Part shown: in pieces, positions 26,077 through 38,265 of the stretch | Numbering within the stretch: the first letter of the stretch is position 1 | How the letters are laid out: each line of letters opens with the position of its first letter | From: Octopus sinensis | Lineage: Eukaryota | Length of the DNA: 64,000 nucleotides | NCBI RefSeq assembly: GCF_006345805.1 | Contig: NC_043018.1 | Coordinates: 8,060,001-8,124,000 of the forward strand | Direction of reading: 5' to 3' | Position numbers and translations under genes: made by a program | Notes under the pieces: model-generated | The model's input: only the letters and a program-made list of their open reading frames with translations | Told to the model about the DNA's origin: nothing | Database searches by the model: none

Positions 26077-27297
26077 TCATTAATAAATGGTTAAATTGTC
26101 TCTTCTGGCCATCAGCATGTATATCTTCCAAGTCCCTTTGTTCTTTGGTCTTTTAGCTTCCCTAGATCTTTAAAATGATTATCAGACAGCAGTCTCTGGA
26201 GCAAAATGTCCTCTCTCCTTAAGATTTGTTTTAATTTCTATCAATATTATGGTAGGAAGAGGGTTTTTTTTTTCATATGACAGGGCTCCTAATTTATTGT
26301 CTAAACCCTAAATTTAGAGAACACTGTTTGTGTCCATGGTAGCCTTTTACTGTCATCTCACACAAACTACAGGCCCTTTCCTTTGGTCCCCAAGTCCTGG
26401 TAAATTTGTAGGGGCAGCATCATGACATATGTGTGTTGGACATTTTAGACATGGCTGAGCTACTCTTTCTCTCTTGGTCTTTAATGTCTTTCAGAGAGAG
26501 AGAGAAAGGGAAAGAAGAATTGAACCCATTACTGTAACAAACCCCTGAAAGGATGAAAGGCAAAGTTGATCCCAGTTAGATTTGAACTCAGTGTGCTGAG
26601 ATCCAAAACAAATAACACAAAAGTTGCTATCTGACACTGTAAAAAAGGATAAAGGGTAAAGATCCTCTTTGGTCAAGAATGACCATGGGGTTGCACCTAG
26701 AAAGTTCCCCTCTACGGAACAAACCCAGGCAAGGCTGTTTATGGAAGACCAGCAGTCGCCCATGCATACCAGCTTCCTCTCTCCATGCCACTGATGTTAT
26801 CCAAGGGAGAGGCAAAGGGGCCGATACAGCTTGGCACCATTGATGTCGCAGCTCGTTTCTACAGCTGAGTGAACAGGAGCAATGTGAGATAAAGAACACA
26901 ACACACAACCTGGTCTGGGAATTGAACCCAGTACCTCATGATTGTGAGCCCGATGCTCTAACACTGTAACATTCTGCTAACCTACTTCTATATTTTATAT
27001 CATCTCCTGGAGGGACCCCTACAACTGGATGCTGACAGACTCCTTGAGATAATATAAACAACACCACTGTCACTACCGTCCCCTATGAGCCTTTTAAGTG
27101 TTTTCCATTGCAGGCCCATGTGTGACTCTAGGTGCAGGTAAGGCTGTGTAACTGGAACAAGAGTTGCTGCAAAGTTCTGAGGTGTAGCACTCAACCTCCA
27201 CTCTCACCCCCACCCTATTCTCTGCAACACCATTCTTTATTCAAAGAATTTGCCATTCTCTGATTTTTTTTTTTTTTTGTTTTTGTTTGTTTTGCAG

Positions 27298-27381
27298 AAT
27301 AACCTGGAAACGGTCAGTTCCGAGATAAAAGGCTACAAAGAAAGAGCACTGGAAACCGTCTATACCGCCCAGCATTCTTGA
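27298..27381 (+). CDS. NDC80: NDC80 terminal coding exon
   Basis: Long poly-T tract+TTGCAG acceptor, NNLETVSSEIKGYKERALETVYTAQHS then TGA (27379-27381); phase 0. Confidence 0.8.
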   Translation, partial: NNLETVSSEIKGYKERALETVYTAQHS

Positions 27382-28068
27382 GTGTTAAATATACATGCAT
27401 ATATACATATATACACAAATACACACACACACACATATATATATATGCTCACACATTCTAATGTGGTTCATTATATTGCTTTGTTAAAACTTTCCAAGAT
27501 CTTACAGAATTGGTGAATGCATGTATGACTGTTAAGGTTTTCTAACCTGGCCCCAGTCAACCCTGCTTGTATAGCTCTATGCCCTTCCGCACAAACACAC
27601 TCACTCACACACGTCAGGGACTAACTGAATTATCCTTCTTGTGTTTTTAAGATGGGAATCTGACTTCATTTTTGGCAGATTGAATGAACACATCATTGTG
27701 TCATTATTTTTTCTATTAAACTGACACATCTAATTCACAGAGTAATGTTTGATGTGCATGTATGTGTATATGCATGTATGTATAGGTATATAAACACACA
27801 CAAATTGATGTGTATTGCTTGTATTCTGTGTGTATTTTACACACTTTCTGTGTGTGTGTGTACATATGAAGCAATTATTGTATGTGTAACTTGCTTGGTC
27901 TGTATTGTGATATTTGATTGAATATATGTGTGTTTATGTGACTATATGTGTGTTTATATGAATGTGTGTTTCTGTGAATGTGTATATAAACATTCTAGGG
28001 CTGACAAGTTCACAAGAAATTATGTCCAACCACTCAAAATATCGGTCACTAAGACGAGTGTGAAACTG

Positions 28069-28074
28069 AATAAA
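28069..28074 (+). promoter_or_regulatory. Candidate NDC80 polyadenylation signal AATAAA
   Basis: AATAAA about 690 nt past the stop, just before the mariner TIR; an ATTAAA alternative is at 27715-27720. No transcript evidence. Confidence 0.3.
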
Positions 28075-28157
28075 ATATTTAATCCATAATCATTAGTACA
28101 CAAGGATATATTTTATCAGACTAACAATTATAGGATTAAGTATTTGAAATATATATA

Positions 28158-29846
28158 TTGGGTCATCCCATAAATAATGCGGTTTTTTAAGACTTCTTTT
28201 ATTTTTCAAAATTAAAATAAAGTTCTTTTTTAATCTAAAATATATTTTACTTTTTTTTTTTTTTTTTACAATGCTCTTCCCTCTGTCTGGTAAACTTGCA
28301 AGGACCATCTTCCAAAATTCACTTGTCCGTGACAGAAAATACTCCTCCAGTACTGTTCTGACCTCATCTACAGAATTCATATATTTTCCATCAAAATTAT
28401 TTTGTAAACTGTAAAATAAATGATAATCAGATGGGGCAATGTCCAGCAAGTATGGTGGGTGGGGCATCGTTTCCCATTCAAACTACTCCAACCTTTGGAA
28501 TATCATCCTCATTGTATGTGGCCGAGCATTATCCTGATAGAAGAACACCACCTTTCATCTTGAAACCAAAGATGGTCATTTTTCTTCTAGTGCTGACTTA
28601 AGCTGCTCACTGTAGCTCTCCTTTGTTATTGTTTGGTTTGGGTTTAAAAGTTCAAAGTGGACTAAACCTTTCATATCCCATCAAACAGATAACAACACCT
28701 TACATGGTTGAAGACCTCCTTTAGCCTGGGGTGCTGGTGTTTATCCTTTACCTGTCTTTGGCACTTGACATTTCTATAGAGAACCCATTTCTCGTCACCA
28801 GTCACTGTTCAGTCCAAAAAAGGTTCATTTGTGAGACGTGACAGCAAAGAAGGTGCGATTAGACTCGGAAAGTTTGTGAGTAACCAATGACCCAATTTGC
28901 TGGCTTTTTCAATGGCACACAGGTGTCGATGAATGGTTGAATGACCAAATCCAAGCTTCTCTGCTAGTTCCTCAACTGTTACGATGGGATTTTGTTCCAC
29001 CAGGGTTTGCAGGACGTCCTCGTCAAGCTCTACAGATCTTCCAGGATGTGGCTCATCATCTAAGCTGTAGTTTCCAGCTTAGAATTTCTGGAACCACCAT
29101 TGATACTGGCTTATGCTTATTGTCCAATTCCCAAATACTGCATTAATATTCCTTGCAATTTCCGTTGCGTTGTTGCCTTTATTGAATTCATAAGGCAAAA
29201 TATGCCGAATATGCTCCTTTGTCACTTCCATTATAGCTTTGAAGAAATTATCATCATCATCGTTTAACATCTGTTTTCCATGCTAGCATGGGTTGGACGG
29301 TTCTTCCAGGGTCTGTTAAACCAGGAGGCTGCACCAGGCCCAGTCTGATCTGGCAGTGTTTTTACAGCTGGATGCCCTTCCTAACACCAACCACTCCGTG
29401 AGTGTAGTGGGTGCTTTTTATGTGCCACTGGCACAGGTGCCAGGCGAGGCTGGCAACGGCCACGATCAGGTGGTGCTCTTTACGTGCCACCGGCACAGGT
29501 GCCAGGCGAGGCTGGCAACGGCCACGATCAGTTGGTGCTTTTCACGTGCCACCGGCACAGGTGCCAGGCGAGGCTGGCAACGGCCACGATCAGTTGGTGC
29601 TTTTTACATGCCACCGGCATGGAGGCCAGTCAAGGCAGTGCTGGCAACAGCCACATTCGGATGGTTCTTTTACGTGCCACAATTGTTAAAATCGAACTGC
29701 ACTCTTCACGACTTATACTAAGAATAAGGACAAGTTATAATTACTACCTGCTTTTATAGCAAGTTGATGCAGGCAGTTTATCCCATCCCCCTCCAGTTTT
29801 TAGTTCATACAATTGAAAAAACCACATTATTTTTAGGATGACCCAA
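28158..29846 (-). mobile_element. Decayed mariner (Mos1/SETMAR-like) transposon, SINE-interrupted
   Basis: TIRs TTGGGTCATCC / GGATGACCCAA with TA; minus strand MEVTKEHIRHIL, VTGDEKWVL, HPPYLLDIAPSDYHLF; SINE at ~29245-29690. Confidence 0.9.
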
Positions 29847-30504
29847 TATATGTAGACATAAACTAGCACAAAAACAACCTTGCCCAGACTTGTACCTGGG
29901 AGGATAACTTTCTAGGTGCAATCCCATGGTCAGTCATGACCGAAGGGGCTCTCAGCAAACCAGCACAAATACCCAGCATTGCCTCGGTTGATGGTAATAA
30001 TGGGATTTCATTAAAAACTTTCATATACCGAGTTTGTTCTTAATAAATTAATTAATGCATTAAAAAAAATTAGTCATTAAAATTGTTGTTTTTTTTGCTT
30101 CATATATTTTACGTCTTCTTCCTCTTCACCCTCTCATCAATTATTCCACCTGTTTTTCTCTTTCTTTATTTATCACACACTGTATTTACAATTTATCTTC
30201 TCTTTCCCCCCCCCCCCGCTGGCATTAATCCTTTTCTCTCCACAACACACACAAACACACTTCTTTCATTTCTCATTCTCTCTTCATTTATCTCTCCTCC
30301 TTCCCTCATACATTGCTTCATGTTCATTTCTCTCATTCTGTCTATCTTTCTCCCCCCCCCCCATCTGGTCCCACTTTTTATATATGTATGCATACAAAGC
30401 TTTTTATTTGTAATAAGACAAGATCTGCAACTATTGAAAATAAATCATCATCATCATTATTGTTATTATTATTATGTTTTTTCCTTCTTTCTCCATGAAT
30501 GGAT

Positions 30505-30800
30505 GTTGTTTTCACAGTGAAAGTGCTCTTCTCAGTACATGAGCCGTTCCAGTTAACATGATTTTTTGCACTTCTTGTAGGGATGGTAAGCCTGGTATCA
30601 TTTTCAAATAGGTTTCAGTACCTTTTTTTATCATTCCTAGAGATCCTACAATCACTGGTACTGTAGTCGCCTTGAGATGCCACATTTTTTCAATTTCTAT
30701 TAGCGAGCTTTTATATTTACTGATCTTGTCAAATTCTTTCACCGCTATATTGTGATCGCAAGGAATACTCATGTCAATTAATAAACACATCTTTTTTGTC
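30505..30800 (-). mobile_element. R4/Dong-like (RLE) LINE C-terminal fragment
   Basis: LIDMSIPCDHNIAVKEFDKISKYK...VPVIVGSLG...LLTGTAHVLRR-like ending, typical of restriction-like endonuclease clades. Confidence 0.8.
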
Positions 30801-31645
30801 TGATCTTTTATAATAATAACAATAATATCCGGTTTATTGTCTGATCTTTTATAATAATAATAATAATATCTGGTTTATTTATTATCATTTATTATTATTA
30901 TTATTATTATTATTAAGGCTGCGAGCTGGCAGAATTGTTAGCATGCCAGGCAAAATGCTTAGCAATATTTCACCTGTCTCTACATTTTGAGTTCAAATTC
31001 TGCCATGGTTGATAAATTAAGTACCAGTGAAACTCTGGGGTCAATGTAATCGATTAGTCCCCTCCCCAAAATTTTAGGCCTTGTGCTTTTAGTAGAAAGG
31101 ATTATTATTATTATCAGGAGTGGCTGTGTGGTAAGTAGTTTGCTTACCAACCACGTGGTTCCAGGTTCATTCCCACTGCGTGGCACCTTGGGCAAGTGTC
31201 TTCTACTATAGCCTTGGGCCGACCAAAGCCTTGTGAGTGGATTTGGTAGACGGAAAATGAAAGAAGCCTTTCGTATATATATATATGTGTGTATTTATGT
31301 GTTTGTGTTTGTCCCCCCAACATCACTTGACAACCAATGATGTGTTTATGTCCCCTTAACTTAGTGGTTATGTCCCCTTTGTGGTTCAGCAAAAGAGACC
31401 GATAGAATAAGTACTAGGCTTACAAAGAATAATTCCTTGCAGTCGATTTGCTCGACTAAAGGCGGTGCTCCAGCATGGCCACTGAAACAGGTAAAAGAGT
31501 ATTAAGGCAGTCAGCTGGCAGAATCCTTCGCACACCAGATAAAATTCATCTTTGTTCTAAGTTCCGATTCCACTGAAGTTAACTCTGCCTTTTATCTCTT
31601 TGGGGTCAATGAAATACGTACCAGCTGAGCACTGGGGTTGGTTTA

Positions 31646-32146
31646 ATCAACAAGCCCTCTCTCATGAAATTTTAGGCCTTGTGCCTACCGTAGTAGTCAT
31701 GGTGGCGGCTGCATATGCTGTAATTGTACTTCACTGCTTCCACCATTTGTTGGTGATTCCCAGCCCCTGGTAGATGACACATTTGCACCACTGGGGTGAC
31801 ATCCCTCCAAGCTGGGTCTGTTTGTATTTTCATTGTTGGTGAATGTTTTACAAAGTCAGAGCACAAATCCTATCTCAACTTTTGGTTGCCTTGGGTTATC
31901 AACAAGCCCCTCTCATGAATTTTAGGCCTTGTCCTACCGTAGTAGTCCGGGTGGCGGCTGCTATGCTGTAATTTGTACTTCACTGCTTCCACCATTTGTT
32001 GTGATTCCCAGCCCCTGGTAGATGACACATTTGCACATTTGCAACCACTGGTGACATCCCTCCAAGCTGGGTCTGTTTGTATTTTCATTGTTGGTGAATG
32101 TTTTACAAAAGTCAGAGCACAAATCCTATCTCAACTTTTGGTTGCC
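31646..32146. repeat. ~250-bp tandem duplication
   Basis: Units start at 31646 and 31898; the second copy differs mainly by small indels. Confidence 0.9.
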
Positions 32147-33722
32147 TTTTATGATACACTTACTTACTTGTACTTATGGCGACATTCACCCTGGGTGGGT
32201 TGAGTCGGCTTCTACCACCCTTGAGGCATCTCGAACCATGGCAGTGGAAGAAGTTTCGTGGGAATATGAATTTCACAAGCAGTCCCCGAAAATTCTGCAT
32301 GTAGAGACATCCTGTTTGCCGCAGAGACAGAACGACCAGGGAGCTGCCAGTTGCTGAAATAGACACTCTGAGGATTTTCACCAGAGCCCCATCTGCTGGG
32401 TTGTGACCCTAATACCAGTTATGGGTGGCCCTACCAGGAACCCTAATACTCAGTTATGGGTGGCCCTACCAGGAACCAAAGTTCCCGACGGCATAGCCCT
32501 GACACTACCCGTTGTCAGCGTCCCCACCACGGTGAGGAGGGGATGGCCTTTTATGACACACTGAGGAAACGAGTCTGTTTTTGGCATGCCAGTCCTGACA
32601 TGGCACTTGCACAATGTGGATTGAAGTGTTTTGCTGAAGAACAAAATACACTCCCTGATCCAGCAATTAAACCCACAATCTAACAATTGTTAGTGTGGCA
32701 CCCTAACCACTAGGCCATACAACTATATTAGAAAGGATTATTATTATTAACCACTGACTTGGAAGTTGTATTGTTTTTGAGCTTAAATTTTGACTTTTCT
32801 TTCCAAATGTGGATATATTTTTGTTAACAATCTCATAGAGAAGTTGATATGCTGCCATTGGTGAAGTTTCCTTTTTCATGTAATTCCTTCAGGCAATCAT
32901 TTGTTAAAATTTTGTAACTTCAGCTTTTCATATTTTCTTTTATATATAAAACAAAATGGATCCTTGTCAGAAAATGCTGTTCAGTGGAGAGAAAAGTAGA
33001 AGGAAGGAAGGAAGGAAACACTATTTAAGGCAAAGAGAAAGTAAGCCAATGCCAAGGCAAAGAATATTGGTGCCATCTCTCTTTAACCCGTTAGTATTCA
33101 AGGCACATGGCTCAGTGGTTAGAGTGTTGAGGTTGTGAGTTCGAATCCCGGACCAGGTTGTGTGTTGTGTTCTTGAGCAAGACACTTTATTTCACGTTGC
33201 TCCAGTTCACTCAGCTACTGAAATGAGTTGCGACGTCACGGGTGCCAAGCTGTATCGGCCTTTGCCTTTCCCTTGGCTAACATCAGTGGCGTGGAGAGGG
33301 GAGGCTGGTATGCATGAGCGACTGCTGGTCTTCCATAAACAACCTTGCCCGGACTTGTGCTTGGGAGGGTAACTTCCTAGGTACAATCCCATGGTCAGTC
33401 ATGACCGAAGGGGGTCTCCGCATTCAAATTAATGTACAAAAATTCTTATTTATTTATGTTGTTTTAAATTAATCATGCATTATCTTGTAACTTTGAGATG
33501 ATGTAATTGTCTATTTCTACAATGACATTGTAGAGTAGGTATGAGAGGTCAGATGTGGCTGGCTTTAACATAAAACAGGTTGAATATTTCAGCTGAATAT
33601 GGATGGTTTAATTGCTAAAGGGTTAAGCTAACAACAATGTTGTATGGCAGCTGTGGCAGAAAGGAGTATCAACATTGTCGCTGAAGCTGTTACAATGACT
33701 GTGATGGCATCATCGCCTAGAG

Positions 33723-33923
33723 CAGTGGTTTTCAACCAGGGTTCCACCAGTACAGTCCATGGGTTCCACAAGAAGTTACAAAGCTGCTAAAATCGGCAGT
33801 AATTTTTAATTCTCCTGTGCAGATATGTGTGCATAAGACTATTAAATTATTGCACATGGGTTCCTCGAGCCAGTGGAATGCTTCCTTGGGGTTCCGCTCC
33901 AGCAAAAAGTTTGAAAAGCACTG
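33723..33923 (+). mobile_element. hAT-Buster MITE
   Basis: Same family; perfect TSD GCCTAGAG. Confidence 0.9.
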
Positions 33924-35294
33924 GCCTAGAGTAACAGACATTAACCCAACAATTTGTAATTACAGCAGCAAGGGCAATAGTTCAATTCAGTTCAGTTCCT
34001 CTTCTCTTGACCACATTGGGCAACAAGTTGACATCATTGGTTTCTTCTCTGTTAGATGTGGTTTTCTGTACATCTGGCCATGCGATATTGGCCTCTCTCT
34101 TCTCAGTTATGAATGTTCTGCATCATAGATTTTCTGCTCGTTAATAATAGCATGGTTCTACTAACAATTATGTATACCAGTAGGACATGGAAGAGCACCC
34201 AATATTAATGAAAAGGATTCTGAGAACATATTGGCCAGGCCAACCAAAGCCTTGTCAGTGGATTTGGTAGATGGAAACTGAAAGAAGCCCGTCGTATATA
34301 TGTATGTGTGGGCGTATATGTATGTGTGTCTGTGTTTGGGCCCCCCCAACATCACTTGACAACTGATGCTGGTGCGTTTACGTCCCCGTAACTTAGCGGT
34401 TCTGCAAAAGAGACCGATAGAATAAGTACTAGGCTTACAAAGAATAAGTCCTTGCAGTCGATTTGCTCGACTAAAGGCTGTGCTCCAGCATGGCCACTGA
34501 AACAGGTAAAAGAGTATTAAGGCAGTCAGCTGGCAGAATCCTTTGCACACCAGATGAAATTCATCTTTGTTCTAAGTTCCGATTCCACTGAAGTTAACTG
34601 TGCCTTTTATCTCTTTGGGGGTCAATGAAATACGTACCAGCTGAGCACTGGGGTTGGTTTAATCAACAAGCCCTCTCTCATGAAATTTTAGGCCTTGTGC
34701 CTCAAAAGAGACTGATAGAATAAGTACTAGGCTTACAAAGAATAAGTCCTGGGGTCGATTTGCTCGACTAAAGGTGGTGCTCCAGCATGGCCGCAGTCAA
34801 ATGACTGAAACAAGAAAAAGAGTAAGACTTCGTAACCAATGGAGACATTCTAAAGAGAGACAATGCAACACACCGCTGCTTACCGAAATAATTAGAGTAA
34901 AGATTAAAACTAACAGAAGTACCTGTGTAATTATTTTCAATGGAAGAGATTCTCCAATTTTGCAGTCTCAAGGGAGAACAGTATCTGCTACAACGATGAT
35001 GATGATGATGATAACAAAACATGATAATAAATAACTGCACAACCCTCTTACCAAAACCATTTCAGCCACAATTTGGCCAAGTATTAGGAAATTGGTGCAG
35101 TTACTTCCTGTGCAGCATCAACCAAGGCAGCAACAGTGAAAATATCAACAAACGCTATGGCAAAGCAGCTGCAACTACAAGAATTTTGGTAAAACAAGCA
35201 GAACGAGGTGTAAACAGTAACTGCACGACAATGTGAGGTATACTTGCCATCTCAATATGGCTAACCACTAAGGGTGGGTGTTACTGTAGCCACG

Positions 35295-35671
35295 TAACTA
35301 AAAAATTTCAAACTTCGTATACTGGTAGAATGTGTTTATAAAACATCTTTTTCTCTTGGCTTTATTGAGAAAATTCAATGGTTTGTAAGATATTTGTTGT
35401 TTTTTTTCTTCAATTTCTGCAATTTCAACCAATCAATGACATCTATTGAGGTAAAAAACATTCTGTGCCGTATGAATATGTCCCTCATTTAAGAAACAGA
35501 TTGGGTTTATTTACATTTCTGAAAAAAAAAGATACCCTTCCCCCTAACCCTAACCAACCCTAACCCTAAAACAGATTGAAATGCAATAGATCGATTCTAG
35601 GGTCATAATTATGGGTGACAATTTCATATGACACTGCTAGAAAAAAACTGCCGTTCAAACGGAAAAGATCC
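35295..35671 (+). mobile_element. MITE (same family as 20761), 5' TIR missing
   Basis: Internal sequence and 3' TIR CCGTTCAAACGGAAAAGATCC match 20761-21176. Confidence 0.82.
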
Positions 35672-35946
35672 GAAAATAGTGGTCTTCAAGCAAAATTGAT
35701 TGGATTTGTTCTTTGGTTCCTGTCCACGCAGGTCAAAGTGGACATTATATTAAATGGAAGTCTGGTGTTGCAAGAATTTCGGGATCTTTTCTGTTCAGAT
35801 TGATTTCATATTCAGTGTAATGATAAACCTTTATAGACTAATGAATGCCGTGAGAATCATTTTCACCATAAATCAATAACGAGAGCAATTAAAGTTTTAA
35901 TATTTCATTATTACCGTTTTTATTATTTTATTTTGATGATACTTAT

Positions 35947-36127
35947 TATATTTGCCATTTAAATATGGCTAACCCCTAAGGGTGGACACTACTGTAGTTT
36001 GGAGCCCCAGGAGGACGCCTCCTCCAGCTGGCTTTAGACACATTTTCTGTGCCCTGTGTCCTCCTGGGGCTACAAACTACAGTAGCATCCACCCTTAGGG
36101 GTTAGCCATATTTAAATGGCAAATATA
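35947..36127. mobile_element. Hairpin MITE with ~68-bp TIRs
   Basis: TATATTTGCCATTTAAATATGGCTAACCCCTAAGGGTGG...GAGGAC and its reverse complement; TA at both ends. Confidence 0.8.
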
Positions 36128-36469
36128 CATCACGATGTGTTGCAGCTACTGTTTATAACTCACTCTAAGATTTATTAATGTTTAATAAAAATGCTTTTGG
36201 CATTAAATCAACTGGAAGTTTTTATAATACATTGAAATAAGACTTCTCGTTTTCATTTAATTGCAATTTATAAAGTAATTTAGTTCCATATATTGTTTCA
36301 ATAATTGCCACTTTAAAACTGTAATGGTGAAAAAAAAAAAATCACTCGATAACAAATGAAAATGGAATTGAGGAAATTTTGGATCACAAAGAGGGTTTGG
36401 TGGAATTTGTAACCTAGGACACTGAGAGCCGCTATAAGAAGGTAAGTATACAGCAGTGGTTGGGTATGG

Positions 36470-37030
36470 CGGTTGAGCTGGCAGAAACGTTAGCACGCCA
36501 GGTGAGATGCTTAGCCGTATTTCGTCTGCCGTTACGTTCTGAGTTCAAATTCCGCTGAGGTCAACTTTGCCTTTCATCCTTTCGGGGTCGATAAATTAAG
36601 TACCAGTTACGCACTGGGGTCGATATAATTGACTTAATCCCTCTGTCTGTCCTTGTTTGCCCTCTCTGTGTTTAGCCCCTTGTGGGTAGTAAAGAAATAG
36701 GTATTTCGTCTGTCTTTACGTTCTGAGTTCAAATTCCGCTGAGGTCGACTTTGGCTTTCATACTTTCGAGGGTCGATAAATTAAGTACCAGTTACGCACT
36801 GGGGTCGATATAATCGACCTAATCCCTTTGTTTGTCCTCTCTGTGGGTAGTAAAGAAATAGGTATTTCATCTGTCTTTACGTTCTGAGTTCAAATTCCGC
36901 CGAGGTCGACTTTGGCTTTCATCCTTTCAGGGTCGATAAATTAAGTACCAGTTACGCACTGGGATCGATATAATCGACCTAATCCCTTTGTCTGTCCTTG
37001 TTTAGCCCCTTCTGGGTAGTAAAGAAAAAG
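36470..37030 (+). mobile_element. Meta-like SINE with three tandem body units
   Basis: One head followed by three TATTTCGTCTG...GTAGTAAAGAAA units. Confidence 0.82.
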
Positions 37031-38265
37031 GTTATTGTCTGTATTATTTTGCTTGACCAACTAGTCTGGCATATTCTAATGTTATTAAATTATTTCTATA
37101 ATGTGGTTTCAGTCTGACTTAATCTTAGCTTCTGGGTGTGTATGATTAGAATTGAAAACCACTTAGAAAAAGTTTATATCATGATACTGCAAGAAAAGAA
37201 TTGTTACTTTAAAGAAAATTTACCATGTTGATAGATGTGCAGCGCTCACCTTCACTCGCTGCGAGTATACGACCCAATCTTGGTACGTAACTCCAAACAT
37301 ACGTCATTTTCGGTTTTAAAACATTACGATGGATTTTGAGGTATATTTGACTGCTATTTTTAGTAGAGCGAACGACCTAGTACAGCTTCTGTAGAATGTT
37401 CGTCTGTCAGTGTATATATATTGAACAAATTATGCATTTCACTCAGTGGATTCTCCGTCAGACTCGACGATGAGCATTCACGGGTTTAACGAACTGAATT
37501 TCTACCTGTGAAATCAACATGTAAGCGATTGAGTATTTCGCAATTGCTTCCACTCTTAACACAATGTGACAAGCTGGACTTTCGAATTGCAGCTATAATC
37601 TAGAGACAAAAGGGGAATCAACTTCCAGTATTGTACTCAACTGGTATTTATCGATTCTCAACAGGATAAAGGGCGAAGTTAATCTCGGCGACATTTGAAC
37701 TCATAAAGCAGAGAATTGAAACAAATACCGCTTAACACTTCGCCCATTGTGTTAATTTATTCTATTAATTTGTCGTCTCCATATAGTAATCCTTCTTTCA
37801 CAAAGTAATTTTGTAACTATATTATGGTTGGCATAAGTCCATTTTATTTCCACTACATCTCTTGGATTCAGATGTCAAAATTTACATGTAGGAAGAATTT
37901 TTTAAATTCTCCAAAAGACTTTTGGAATTTCCGCTTACACCACTTTGTGTGTATGCTTATATACGTATGGATGTATAGTTACGTTCTGAGTTCAAATTCC
38001 GCCGAGGTCGACTTTGCCTTTCATCCTTTCGGGGTCGATAAATTAAGTACCAGTTAACGCACTGGGGTCGATGTAATCAACTTAATCCCTTTGTCTGTCC
38101 TTGTTTATCCCCTCTGTGTTTAGCCTCTTGTGGGCAATAAAGAAATATATATGTACGTATATATGTTCTCTTTGTCTTCTTAATTAGAATAAATTTTGAC
38201 CGGCCACCTACTTGTTAGCAAATTTGGGAGGGAAAGCGTCTCTTTTTAACCACCATTCTCTAAAA

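Noticed and set aside
35021-35236. Unique-looking 71-aa ORF between the two genes
   Set aside because: No recognisable domain and no supporting splice chain.
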